This document shows positions 9,743-19,146 of a stretch of 58,689 nt of DNA, one piece after another. Source of the stretch: a virus (Duplodnaviria > Caudoviricetes). How positions within the stretch are numbered: position 1 is the stretch's first letter; every line of letters begins with the position of its first letter. The DNA lies in IMG/VR virus record IMGVR_UViG_3300008107_000212, positions 1 through 58,689 of that record; one strand, 5' to 3'. The notes beneath the pieces are model-generated. The model did not search any database, was not told the DNA's origin, and worked only from the letters and a program-made list of their open reading frames with translations. A program made the position numbers and the translations under genes.

Positions 9743-10594
9743 TTATATTTCTACTCCGTTTTGGTATGAAAAGGCAGTTGTGTCTGAATCGTACCAATCT
9801 GATACTTCATATGAACCATCTTCTCGTTGGTTAACGTGTTGTACTACTCCTTCTCTTGATATTGCTTTAGCTAACTTTATAGCTTGTGCTAAAGATTCTT
9901 CGTTTGCCATGCCCCTTAAATCAGCTTGGGTTTCATAGTCATAAGACTCATTTTTTAATTCTTCTCTAATGATAGCACTGATGATAGAGCGGAGTTTATT
10001 TTCTTTTAAATTGCCATACCCACTTGATTTGTATTTGCCGGTTGGTGCTTTAGGTTCTTTAGATGTTTCTAAACCAATTCCTTTAACACCAAACATTCCG
10101 TTTTTAGCATAGTAATTAATATCTTGAGCCATATTTTTAGCTACAATTTTTTTCAATTCGTCTACAGTTTTATCAGCGTTTTTAGGATCATCCATTTCAG
10201 CTAAATACCCCATTAAAAATGATTGGCCATAAACATTGTCTATATTTTTAGGATCGCTATTATCAAAATTGCTTTCTAAATCTTTAGCTACATCTTTATC
10301 TATTTTTTCAAATGTATTTTGATCACCATATTCTTTCTTATCTTTAACACCCACAGCTTCTTTTATGTTTGTGTTAAAAATTTTAAACCAATCTGGTTTG
10401 TTTGGGTTTTGGGTTGCAATACCACCTACTGCTTCTGTTAGGATATTTTTACCCTTTAATATTTTAACAGTATCTTTAAAGGTACTGTTTACAGTAAGAA
10501 GTTCAGGGAATAAATGGCGAGCTTGTTTTAGGAAATGATCTTTATTTCCTTTACCCTCTGTAATTTCGATATATTGATTTTGTAATGTTTTCAT
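9743..10594 (-). CDS. Putative internal head protein
   Basis: In the head module; several L/I-x-E sites and KLRSIISAIIREEL helix. Confidence 0.55.
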   Translation of the reverse strand: MKTLQNQYIEITEGKGNKDHFLKQARHLFPELLTVNSTFKDTVKILKGKNILTEAVGGIATQNPNKPDWFKIFNTNIKEAVGVKDKKEYGDQNTFEKIDKDVAKDLESNFDNSDPKNIDNVYGQSFLMGYLAEMDDPKNADKTVDELKKIVAKNMAQDINYYAKNGMFGVKGIGLETSKEPKAPTGKYKSSGYGNLKENKLRSIISAIIREELKNESYDYETQADLRGMANEESLAQAIKLAKAISREGVVQHVNQREDGSYEVSDWYDSDTTAFSYQNGVEI

Positions 10595-10597
10595 GAT

Positions 10598-10605
10598 TAT
10601 AAATA
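10598..10605 (-). promoter_or_regulatory. TATTTATA box (putative late promoter)
   Basis: 3 nt upstream of ATG 10594. Confidence 0.55.
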
Positions 10606-10887
10606 TTATGTGTATAAAATTACAGGTGCACTTAATGCTCCTAAACTACAAGAAGTTATAAATAAATTAATTGTTTCTCCTGCGGGAAGAGTAAATGAAG
10701 GACCTGTTCCTTCTATAACAATTCCGCTACCATCTAATCCCGCTCCATATTTAAATGCTGCAATTAAAGAACCAGTAGGGGAATTAATTGAGCCGGTTCC
10801 TAAGCTTTGAATACCAGCAAACGAACCAGTAGCGGATTGTCCTGCTGTTAATATTACTCCTCCAAAATTTACGGGTATATTTGCCAT
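10606..10887 (-). CDS. Small Gly-rich putative virion protein
   Basis: 93-aa ORF packed in the head operon. Confidence 0.55.
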   Translation of the reverse strand: MANIPVNFGGVILTAGQSATGSFAGIQSLGTGSINSPTGSLIAAFKYGAGLDGSGIVIEGTGPSFTLPAGETINLFITSCSLGALSAPVILYT

Positions 10888-10888
10888 G

Positions 10889-11479
10889 TTATTGTTGTTT
10901 TGTATTGTCGTCGGGGGTGAATGAATTAATAATGTCGTCTAATAACTCGTTTGTTGAATCTGTTGAATAAACAACAGCATATGATTTAGGATTATTTTTA
11001 TAATAATCTAAAGTTTTATTTCTTGCTTGTTGTAGTAATGGGATCAATTGATTTAACTTTTTTTCTAAAATATTAAATCCTTCTAAACGTTGGGCTAAAA
11101 ATTTTCTTCTTTCAGGATCGGATACGTTCAAAGCATTTAAATAATCTTCTACTTCTATAGTTTCCCACAATTGTTTAACTTCAATACCTTTAGCTGCTTT
11201 ATTTAAAGCAGGTTGGTTTACTAGTTTATATTTAAATGTTTTTACATAGGTATTGTCTGTTACTCCTTCAGAACCAGCTTTGGGACCAGGACCCATATTG
11301 GCTCCAGGACCTTCTTTAACCGGTTTATATCCTACTTGAGTGTATGCTCCATAATTTCCTTTTGTAGATTTTTTAAAAGCTCTAGGAGTTGCAGTATTTT
11401 CACCTGTAGTTCCGGATGTAAAACCAGAAGTACTAGATATAGTGTTTGTTTCTTTTAATTTATATTTATACTTTCCCAT
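10889..11479 (-). CDS. Hypothetical head-module protein
   Basis: 196-aa ORF, contiguous operon. Confidence 0.6.
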   Translation of the reverse strand: MGKYKYKLKETNTISSTSGFTSGTTGENTATPRAFKKSTKGNYGAYTQVGYKPVKEGPGANMGPGPKAGSEGVTDNTYVKTFKYKLVNQPALNKAAKGIEVKQLWETIEVEDYLNALNVSDPERRKFLAQRLEGFNILEKKLNQLIPLLQQARNKTLDYYKNNPKSYAVVYSTDSTNELLDDIINSFTPDDNTKQQ

Positions 11480-12326
11480 GAATATTTTTAATTTCGTTTA
11501 AAAGTTCATAGTATTGTAATAAATTAATTAAATTATCGTCATTAACTTTATGTGATTTAGATAATGGGGTCAATAATTTAATTACTTCGTCTAATTTAAT
11601 TTGAACCGCTTTATCTGCAATTTTAGGGGATAAAGTGGTTAATTTTGTTTTAAGTTCTTCAATTTTAGTGTTATAAAAATCTCTTAGTTTTGGGGTTGAA
11701 TCTACAGAATTAACAAATTCTTTTAATATTATTTTTTGATCCTCATTCAATGATGAATATTTTTCATTAAATTTTTCTAAAAGAACTCTATATGCTAAAA
11801 TACGAAGATCTTTATCGTATGATTGAAACTCTACAAGAACATCATCTTTAATTTTTTGTTTATCAATAGACTTAGACGTTAACGATTCTAGAATATTGAT
11901 TTTATTTTCAATAAGTTGATCTGGATTGTTTATATTAGTATTATATAGTTCTAGCAAAGTATAGAGAGAAGCGTGTACTTTGTAATTGGGTAATTTGGTT
12001 TTAAAGAAATCCTCAATGTTGTAATGAGTGGAAATTTCTTTGATCAGATTATATTTTTGTCTTTTGATTGCTCCTCGGTTTAAACCCTTAGAAGTTTCTA
12101 CAATAGAATTAATAACTATTTCAGCCTTGCCTTCTGTTAAGTTCCTATGCTTAGATAGGGTTTCATATAATTTATATTCTTTCCCTAGTTCGCTTTTAAC
12201 AAAATATTTTTTTAAAATATTGATTGCCTTCGATTCTTTTCCAGATAATGTATCTGAGGTGATTTGTCGAACTAAAAGTTCAAATAAAATCCCCGTATTT
12301 TTTATCTTTGAGTGTCTTATGTTCAT
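11466..12326 (-). CDS. Hypothetical helical protein downstream of portal (possible prohead core component)
   Basis: HSKIKNTGILFELLVRQ N-terminus; synteny. Confidence 0.6.
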   Translation of the reverse strand: MNIRHSKIKNTGILFELLVRQITSDTLSGKESKAINILKKYFVKSELGKEYKLYETLSKHRNLTEGKAEIVINSIVETSKGLNRGAIKRQKYNLIKEISTHYNIEDFFKTKLPNYKVHASLYTLLELYNTNINNPDQLIENKINILESLTSKSIDKQKIKDDVLVEFQSYDKDLRILAYRVLLEKFNEKYSSLNEDQKIILKEFVNSVDSTPKLRDFYNTKIEELKTKLTTLSPKIADKAVQIKLDEVIKLLTPLSKSHKVNDDNLINLLQYYELLNEIKNIHGKV

Positions 12327-12343
12327 TAGCCTAGGCTTTTTGT

Positions 12344-12351
12344 TATAAATA
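12344..12351 (-). promoter_or_regulatory. TATTTATA box (putative late promoter)
   Basis: 17 nt upstream of ATG 12326. Confidence 0.55.
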
Positions 12352-12362
12352 TATCAGAATAT

Positions 12363-14252
12363 TTATTCCATTATATTATTTTCGTCTAAAAATGAAATTT
12401 CTTCATCTTTTTTGACTAAACTTGGAGATTTTACTAAACTTTCTATTAAACTTTTATTTTTAAGATATACTTGTTTTGCTTCTAGTGCTAATGGTGATCC
12501 ACCTTTATATTGAGGGCGGATACTATCAGATTCATTATCGTCAAATTTTGCACCTCTGTTACCTAATCTGTCTTTTCCAAACGGGCTTTCTTGAGAATTT
12601 CTATCTGTAGATTTTTCTTCAGGACGACCTAATGGTACTTTTTCATCATATCCATCAGGTACTGAATTGTCCTCGTATCTGCTTCTACCATATAATGAGG
12701 CTAAATCGTGGGGAGTTCCATATGATTTTCCTGTTATTTTAGGGTCATTTCCTTCTTCAAATATTTGTGTATTTCTAAAGGCGCGTTTTTGGTCTTCAAT
12801 AATTAAATCTCTATATTCTTCATATTGGTCTTCACTCAAGTGGAATATATTATCATAAATCCAGTCAGTAGGTAGTAACTTAGTTTCCATAATCTTTTGG
12901 GCTAAGTCTACTTTTTGGGTTAATAATGCTATTTTTTCTTGATCATAGATAATGGATGGTGTTGTTAAATCTAATTCAAAATTTGTTAATTCATCACCGC
13001 TATATCCTTGGGCATATAAATGCACTAATGCTATTTTATATAATTCAGATAGTATAATACGTTGGATTCTATCAATTGTACGAGCGAATCTAATATCTTC
13101 GGCAGCTAATGTTGCTTTACCTGTCAAATCTTTTTCGTATCCCATAAATGCTTTAGGCACTTTAAGGGCAGCAAATAATTTATCTCTTAAATATGTTACG
13201 TCTGTAATACCATCAAATTGTAAACCTTGAGCCGTGTCAATTTTAGTTACAGTGTCATTACCTCTTACAGGGATATAAAAATCCTCTAGTAAGTTTTGCA
13301 TATTGTATTTTAGATTGTATTGACCGGTTTCGTGATCAATCAGCGGGGTACGTTTTAATGTTGAAATAGTTTTTTGCATGAAGTTTTCTACTTCAGCAGG
13401 AGGAATAGAACCAACGTTAATATAAAATATTCTTCTATCGGGGCTGCGAGATATTCTATTGATTAACATTGCGTCTTCCATTAGAATATATTGCTTAAAT
13501 AGCCTACGGGCAGGCTCTAAATATGAACGACCATAAGGAAGATAGTTAACATCTGTTATTAATCTAAAATGGGCCATTTCATAGTTATCAAAGTAGATAG
13601 CATTTTGATCTTTTTCAAATGTATTAGGTACACCATAATATCCTGATCCACCTGAATAGAATCCTTCAGGAGAATATTTGAATCTTACAGCATTTGGGTG
13701 TTCGGGATCGTAATTTTCTTGTCTTTGAATATGATAAGCTGTATAAGGAATAACATTATATACTCCAAATTTTTCTGCTATTTCAAGTTTTAAGAAAAAA
13801 TCGCCGTATTTATTCATTTGGCGAATCCAAGACCATAAATTAAACTCAATATTTAATACATCATAAAATAAATTATACAATATTTTTTGAATGTCTTCGT
13901 TTGAACTTCTGATTTGGAGTACTTCTCCCATATCGTTTTTTAAAGTACATTCATCAGATATAATATCTAAAGCAGAAGAAATAATAGCATCGTAATCCAT
14001 AGTATCATAATCTGAGTAGATCATGGTACGAAGATATTGGTAGTTTATATTTAATTGTTGTCCAAATAAAGAGGTAGAGGATGGAGAATATAAACGATTA
14101 TATCTATCCATTATAGAATTTGTTGCTACATCTCCTGTTGTTTGGATAGAGTCAACATCAATTACTTTTAATTGGTTTCCTCCTTGGTTGCGAATAATGA
14201 CGTCTGTTGAAAATAGACGTTTTAATCGGGTGAATAAGCTAGTATCTGCCAT
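12363..14252 (-). CDS. Portal protein (T4 gp20-like)
   Basis: LMEDAMLINRISRSPDRRIFYINVG, LEDFYIPVRG, ALKVPK and EDIRFARTIDRIQ. Confidence 0.95.
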   Translation of the reverse strand: MADTSLFTRLKRLFSTDVIIRNQGGNQLKVIDVDSIQTTGDVATNSIMDRYNRLYSPSSTSLFGQQLNINYQYLRTMIYSDYDTMDYDAIISSALDIISDECTLKNDMGEVLQIRSSNEDIQKILYNLFYDVLNIEFNLWSWIRQMNKYGDFFLKLEIAEKFGVYNVIPYTAYHIQRQENYDPEHPNAVRFKYSPEGFYSGGSGYYGVPNTFEKDQNAIYFDNYEMAHFRLITDVNYLPYGRSYLEPARRLFKQYILMEDAMLINRISRSPDRRIFYINVGSIPPAEVENFMQKTISTLKRTPLIDHETGQYNLKYNMQNLLEDFYIPVRGNDTVTKIDTAQGLQFDGITDVTYLRDKLFAALKVPKAFMGYEKDLTGKATLAAEDIRFARTIDRIQRIILSELYKIALVHLYAQGYSGDELTNFELDLTTPSIIYDQEKIALLTQKVDLAQKIMETKLLPTDWIYDNIFHLSEDQYEEYRDLIIEDQKRAFRNTQIFEEGNDPKITGKSYGTPHDLASLYGRSRYEDNSVPDGYDEKVPLGRPEEKSTDRNSQESPFGKDRLGNRGAKFDDNESDSIRPQYKGGSPLALEAKQVYLKNKSLIESLVKSPSLVKKDEEISFLDENNIME

Positions 14253-14262
14253 TGTTTTTTAT

Positions 14263-14270
14263 TATAAATA
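14263..14270 (-). promoter_or_regulatory. TATTTATA box (putative late promoter)
   Basis: 10 nt upstream of portal ATG. Confidence 0.55.
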
Positions 14271-15842
14271 TTATAGGAGCCAGTTAATGCTCTCTTGTCC
14301 GTATTTTGTATCCATTAAATATGGATTTGCTACTCTATTTGAGTTATATGCTCCAGCTGCTGTATTTTTTGTAATACTTCCAAGAGCGGCTCGGGTCATA
14401 TCTAAACTTTGTTGTTGGAATTTCAATGAAGTATCACGTAAATACATTCCTATAGCAAATGACATTACTAAGTCATCGTTATACCCGGGTTGTGCTTCAG
14501 GTCTACCATTTTTCCAAACAAATACTCTCATTTCTTCAAGTAAACGTTTAGATTGTATTGTGACACTTTTATCTCCAATATATTCTCGCATTTTGTTTAC
14601 TACAAGAGGACGAGTTCTTAACGACATAGTAAAACCAGGGGTCATACTTGAGTCTCCTTCGTAAACTTTTAAATATGATTCTGCAGTAAGTTGATCAGAT
14701 TTAGGAGAATGATATAGATTTCTATAGCCTCTTTCTAAAATAGCATCTAAAGTAGCCCAACCAATTGTAGCATTTTCTACAACTAATAAGGCATTATTAT
14801 ATTCTGTGGCAATAGCAACTAACATATAGCCAAATTCTTTTGGGGTCATTTGACCTCTATATTCTGCTATTTGAGAATTTGTAGCAATATCAATCACGTG
14901 AAATGCAGAAAAATCTTTACCATCTCCTCTAGCTACGTCTGCCATAACCATATATTCTCTAGAGTAATCAGCAGATTCCCATATCCATAAGTTTTGATCT
15001 GCTCCCCTACGTTCCATTGGATCTTTAAGAGTAGTAGATTTAATAAAATCTATCCATTCACTATAAAATACTACATCACCTGAGGTGTTAAAATCGCAAT
15101 CACATTCCTGAGCAGCCAATCTAGGGTCACCTAATAATTCATCTTGTCGTTTTCTCCATGATTCGTCTCGTTCAGGATGCACATACCAGGGCAATTTGAT
15201 CGGTAAAAAATCATTATCTGCGTTTTCTGCTCTAACCCATGTTTGATGGAACCAGTTACCTGTTCCGTATGGTGTAGATAATACAATAGCTCCACCACCT
15301 GTTGCTAAGGTTTGTTGTGCTGAGGCCCATATCTCACCAATATTTTCAATGAATGCTGCTTCGTCAATTAATAGCAAAGATACTGCTTCTGATCTACCGG
15401 CATCGCTAGCGGCTGATGTTGCTTTAATAATTGATCCGTTACTTAAGCGCAATGAAAGTTTATTATTTTCGTCTGCTGCTACTTTTAACCATGAAGGTAA
15501 ATTATCATACATGAATTTAACTTTGGTTACCATGTTTCGAGCAGTTTCTTGTTTCGTGGCAATACAAAGTACGTTTTTATCTTTATGAAAAGTCATTAAC
15601 CATAAAGAATATCCGGCGGCTAATGTTGATATACCTAGCTGTCTTGATTTAAGTACGATAGAATATGGGTTGTCTTTCCAAAGTTTTAATACTTTATCTT
15701 GGAAAGGAAATAAATTAAATAATACTCTACCCCTTTGAGGATGTTGAATATTACAATACTTACGCATAAAATGGCCAGGATCAGTGGCACATTTTATGTA
15801 TTCTTGTCTAAGTACTTCTTTTATATTTTGTTGTTCACTCAT
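14271..15842 (-). CDS. terL: Terminase large subunit (T4 gp17-like)
   Basis: LKSRQLGIST Walker A, LLIDEAAF Walker B, LSTPYG, ADVARGDGKDFSA nuclease motif, NDDLVMSFAI. Confidence 0.95.
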   Translation of the reverse strand: MSEQQNIKEVLRQEYIKCATDPGHFMRKYCNIQHPQRGRVLFNLFPFQDKVLKLWKDNPYSIVLKSRQLGISTLAAGYSLWLMTFHKDKNVLCIATKQETARNMVTKVKFMYDNLPSWLKVAADENNKLSLRLSNGSIIKATSAASDAGRSEAVSLLLIDEAAFIENIGEIWASAQQTLATGGGAIVLSTPYGTGNWFHQTWVRAENADNDFLPIKLPWYVHPERDESWRKRQDELLGDPRLAAQECDCDFNTSGDVVFYSEWIDFIKSTTLKDPMERRGADQNLWIWESADYSREYMVMADVARGDGKDFSAFHVIDIATNSQIAEYRGQMTPKEFGYMLVAIATEYNNALLVVENATIGWATLDAILERGYRNLYHSPKSDQLTAESYLKVYEGDSSMTPGFTMSLRTRPLVVNKMREYIGDKSVTIQSKRLLEEMRVFVWKNGRPEAQPGYNDDLVMSFAIGMYLRDTSLKFQQQSLDMTRAALGSITKNTAAGAYNSNRVANPYLMDTKYGQESINWLL

Positions 15843-16417
15843 TTACCTAGTTTCCAAAGCAATTTGAACGAGCCTTGTGGGGTTAAATCTTGATTTATCC
15901 CTACACCCACACCAATTGCTTTACGTTTTTTGGTTCTATATATAATTTCACCACCAATATAACCAAGTTGCCTTGGACTTCCAACCACTCCTACACCAGC
16001 ATACCATTCTCTATTATTGAGATAGATAGTTTTTTCAATTGTGATTTCAGGTATTTCCAAATTTGATTGAACCTTACGAGCGATAATGTAATTTTTTGTT
16101 ATAGTGTCACTTATTACTATGTTACCAAACGTATCAACTTGAACTGTATCTTGATAAGCGTATTTGGAATAATAGTCTTTTAATATTTCACTAGTGTCTA
16201 TTGATCTGTAGAATGAATCTGTTTCAAATTCAGGTACAGTGTCCACTCTGGTTCTCCATTTGGGAACATATACTGGGGTTTCAACTTTAACTGGGATTTT
16301 TTTAATTGTTGTTTTAATCTCTATTCGTTCCTCTTGGGTTTTATCAAGGGTGAGTAGATAAATTATAATACCAACTAATACAGCTATTATTGAATAATGT
16401 AATATTTTAATCTTCAT
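15839..16417 (-). CDS. Membrane-anchored protein (possible lysis/spanin-like)
   Basis: N-terminal transmembrane helix, C-terminal amphipathic beta strands. Confidence 0.45.
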   Translation of the reverse strand: MKIKILHYSIIAVLVGIIIYLLTLDKTQEERIEIKTTIKKIPVKVETPVYVPKWRTRVDTVPEFETDSFYRSIDTSEILKDYYSKYAYQDTVQVDTFGNIVISDTITKNYIIARKVQSNLEIPEITIEKTIYLNNREWYAGVGVVGSPRQLGYIGGEIIYRTKKRKAIGVGVGINQDLTPQGSFKLLWKLGK

Positions 16418-16793
16418 CTTCTAGTTTGCTGAACTTAGTCTTAAGCTGGTTTTTGCGTTGAGTAAGTTCTTTCATTTTGGCTAAAAGCGTTTCTTCTTCT
16501 TTGGTTCTTTCTGTAGGTTTTTTAGCAACTATAGCTTTAATTTTACCGACATTGGCTTTAAGTTCCTTAGCAATTTTAGTAAATTCGGTTTGAGCTTTAG
16601 CTAAAGATTTTTCTTTTCTAATTTCAGCTTCTGTAGGTTCTTCTTCGGATTCAGATACGGGTTTAGCTTTAGGGTCAAAAGTAACACCTATTCCTTGATC
16701 AGCAAGTTTTTTAACAGTATCCTCATCACTTGTAACTGTTAATTCAGCTAAAATAATTTCTTTAATATATTGCTTTAATTCGGATTTTTTCAT
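16407..16793 (-). CDS. Putative internal head protein, coiled coil
   Basis: Leader MKKSELKQYIKEIILAE. Confidence 0.55.
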   Translation of the reverse strand: MKKSELKQYIKEIILAELTVTSDEDTVKKLADQGIGVTFDPKAKPVSESEEEPTEAEIRKEKSLAKAQTEFTKIAKELKANVGKIKAIVAKKPTERTKEEETLLAKMKELTQRKNQLKTKFSKLEDED

Positions 16794-16805
16794 ATCAGTT
16801 TTTCT

Positions 16806-16813
16806 TATAAATA
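16806..16813 (-). promoter_or_regulatory. TATTTATA box (putative late promoter)
   Basis: 12 nt upstream of ATG 16793. Confidence 0.55.
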
Positions 16814-17344
16814 TTACGGAAATATGGTAGATATCACCTTTTCAACTCGTTCCTCAACAGAACCCGATAATTCAATTAAATTTTTAATTCTATGATTGTA
16901 AATCCATAACGTTTTACAAATAGCTTGATCTATTTTATCTCTATACTCTGCATTTGTTTCTCTAACCCCATTATCCTCAATAGCAACTCCTACAGGACTA
17001 ATATAGAAAATATAATCGTATTCTTCAATTAGAAACTTAGCAGTATTCTCAAATGTTTCCTTTTCATATATACTCATAGATTCAGAACATTGACTAAATG
17101 CTATAACATCAATAACAGTTCTGTCTGTAATAATGTTTTCGCACAATAGTTCAGCTGAACGTTCAGCTAAAAATACAAGTTGTCCTTTAAATGTTGAATC
17201 TGTATTTAATGGAATACCTAAACTATTTAGATATTTTGAACGTTCAGTTCTGGATTCATAATCTTTGAATAATTTATGCTGTTTTAGAGCATTGACTAAT
17301 GTAGTTTTCCCACACGACATTGTTCCGCAAAAACCTATTTTCAT
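16814..17344 (-). CDS. P-loop nucleotide kinase (NadR-type/AAA_28-like)
   Basis: KIGFCGTMSCGKTTL, ITDRTVID and EDNGVR. Confidence 0.8.
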   Translation of the reverse strand: MKIGFCGTMSCGKTTLVNALKQHKLFKDYESRTERSKYLNSLGIPLNTDSTFKGQLVFLAERSAELLCENIITDRTVIDVIAFSQCSESMSIYEKETFENTAKFLIEEYDYIFYISPVGVAIEDNGVRETNAEYRDKIDQAICKTLWIYNHRIKNLIELSGSVEERVEKVISTIFP

Positions 17345-17371
17345 ATAACAATATTTTTATTAATTAAATAT

Positions 17372-17399
17372 AAAAAAGAAAGCTTGGTTTCCCAAGCTT
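17372..17399 (-). terminator. Terminator hairpin overlapping a TTGG..TATATTTA promoter-like element
   Basis: AAGCTTGG-GAAA-CCAAGCTT followed by TCTTTTTT. Confidence 0.6.
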
Positions 17400-17403
17400 A
17401 ACT

Positions 17404-17646
17404 TTAATATCTACTTGTTCCTGTAACGCTAGGTTTTTTGTACCACGGAAGTCCTTCTCTATCCTTGCGTGCTTCCTTCCATTGTTCTTCTGTTTTAGAA
17501 ATACCATAAAGATAGTATTCGCGTTTACGCATGTTACCTTCGGGTATTAAAGCCGGGCCATCCCAATTGTGAAGCTTGCCTTCCCATATGTATGCTATTG
17601 TGCCGTCGGCTTTAGTAAGTTTTTTGGTGAGTTCCCATTTTTCCAT
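17404..17646 (-). CDS. Small protein with GKLHNWDGPA motif
   Basis: LHxxDGPA...EYYLYG beta-hairpin motif common in large phages. Confidence 0.6.
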   Translation of the reverse strand: MEKWELTKKLTKADGTIAYIWEGKLHNWDGPALIPEGNMRKREYYLYGISKTEEQWKEARKDREGLPWYKKPSVTGTSRY

Positions 17647-17658
17647 AGTGTTATTTTT

Positions 17659-19029
17659 TTAAATTAAGCTTTCCGCTACATAAATACCATGAGCACCTGA
17701 AACTGTTATACCACGAGCTGATAAAGCATCACCTACAAAGTGCACATTTGGGTATTTAGTTAGTGACAAATCGTTGTAATTTACAAGAGGCTCTGGACTC
17801 AAATATTTTACCTCAGGAATGTATATCCCCCAATCATCTTCTAGTGTTGGAAATACTTTTTTCATATCGTCAATAAAATCTGTAATATAGCTAAAATAGC
17901 CTTGAAATATTTCTTCTACTTTGCTTAATTCGGTTAATCTTATAACGCGAACAGGCTCGTTTTCAGAAGTAAACGATGGTTGTCTAAAACCAGGACTATA
18001 ATATAAACCAGCTTTATATAAAAGATTTTCTTTTGTGGGGGAATAAGATGCCGGAATATTAACAGATAAGTTACATTGATTAACAACATTGCGGGACCAT
18101 TCAAATGGATCTTCAATACCATTAATTTCCATCAAAATACCAAAATTGGTCATGTCATTTTTATATCTCGGATCTTTTTTAGCGTGGCCGTTGTAACTAT
18201 AGTCGCCGTATGTTTCTTCTACGGCAACATACGCTGCATTATTGTTTGTACAAAAAGAGCGAAGTGAAACGCCTTTATCTTCAAATTTTCTATAAAGTTT
18301 GAAATCATATGATATATCGATTAGTTTTTGGAAATGGTGTTGTGGTGCTTCAAATCGAACTCCAATTTGTACTGATTTAGGTTCATCTGGAAGTTTATAG
18401 TCTTGGGCTAATTGTTGAGCAAAGTCTATACCACTCTTTCCTACTGCAAATATAAGTTCATCTCCTGTAGTCATATAGTGAGTTTTTTCTCCACCTCCTT
18501 CGGATGTAAACCCTTCAAGCAAAATATAACCATGAGGATTATCAAAATCAATAGTAGTTACTTTAGTTTCCCATTTAAAATATACACCTTTAGATACTAG
18601 ATAATCGTACCAATTTTTAGCAATTTCAGATAAATAATCTGTACCTATATGCCATACAGGAAACAAACGTAAACCAAAATAGGGCTTAATAAAATCGGGT
18701 TCTTCAACAGGATTTGAACATTGTACTTCTTCGGGTTTGGGATGAAAACGTTTAAAATTGGTAATGACTTGATCCATTAATTCCATTGCTTTTTCTTCAC
18801 CGCAATATTTTGATAATTGGCCTCCAATTGCTGTGTGGTATGTAAGTTTACCATCGCTCCAACCCCCTGCACCTAGCATACCTTCCATTACCTCTTCAGC
18901 TTTGCGATTGTATGGATCTTTCCCCATATCAATAATTGTAATCAATTCTCCGGGGTATCCATTGTCTACTAATTTGGTAGCAGCGTTAATACCTGCTACA
19001 CCTGCTCCTACAATTACTATTTTTTTCAT
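17659..19029 (-). CDS. FAD-dependent oxidoreductase
   Basis: IVIVGAGVAG Rossmann motif, GAGGWSDGKL, HIGTD, IGVRFE and FVGD..ARGI. Confidence 0.85.
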   Translation of the reverse strand: MKKIVIVGAGVAGINAATKLVDNGYPGELITIIDMGKDPYNRKAEEVMEGMLGAGGWSDGKLTYHTAIGGQLSKYCGEEKAMELMDQVITNFKRFHPKPEEVQCSNPVEEPDFIKPYFGLRLFPVWHIGTDYLSEIAKNWYDYLVSKGVYFKWETKVTTIDFDNPHGYILLEGFTSEGGGEKTHYMTTGDELIFAVGKSGIDFAQQLAQDYKLPDEPKSVQIGVRFEAPQHHFQKLIDISYDFKLYRKFEDKGVSLRSFCTNNNAAYVAVEETYGDYSYNGHAKKDPRYKNDMTNFGILMEINGIEDPFEWSRNVVNQCNLSVNIPASYSPTKENLLYKAGLYYSPGFRQPSFTSENEPVRVIRLTELSKVEEIFQGYFSYITDFIDDMKKVFPTLEDDWGIYIPEVKYLSPEPLVNYNDLSLTKYPNVHFVGDALSARGITVSGAHGIYVAESLI

Positions 19030-19059
19030 ATTTCAAATTGTTAACTATTAAATATACAT

Positions 19060-19095
19060 AAAAAAAGTGGCGTCTCCAAGTTTGGATGACGCCAC
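19060..19095 (-). terminator. Rho-independent terminator
   Basis: GTGGCGTC...GACGCCAC followed by T7. Confidence 0.75.
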
Positions 19096-19146
19096 AGCTG
19101 TCAATTTTTTTGTTAAGCGACCGGCTATGAATCGGTCTGTATTATT

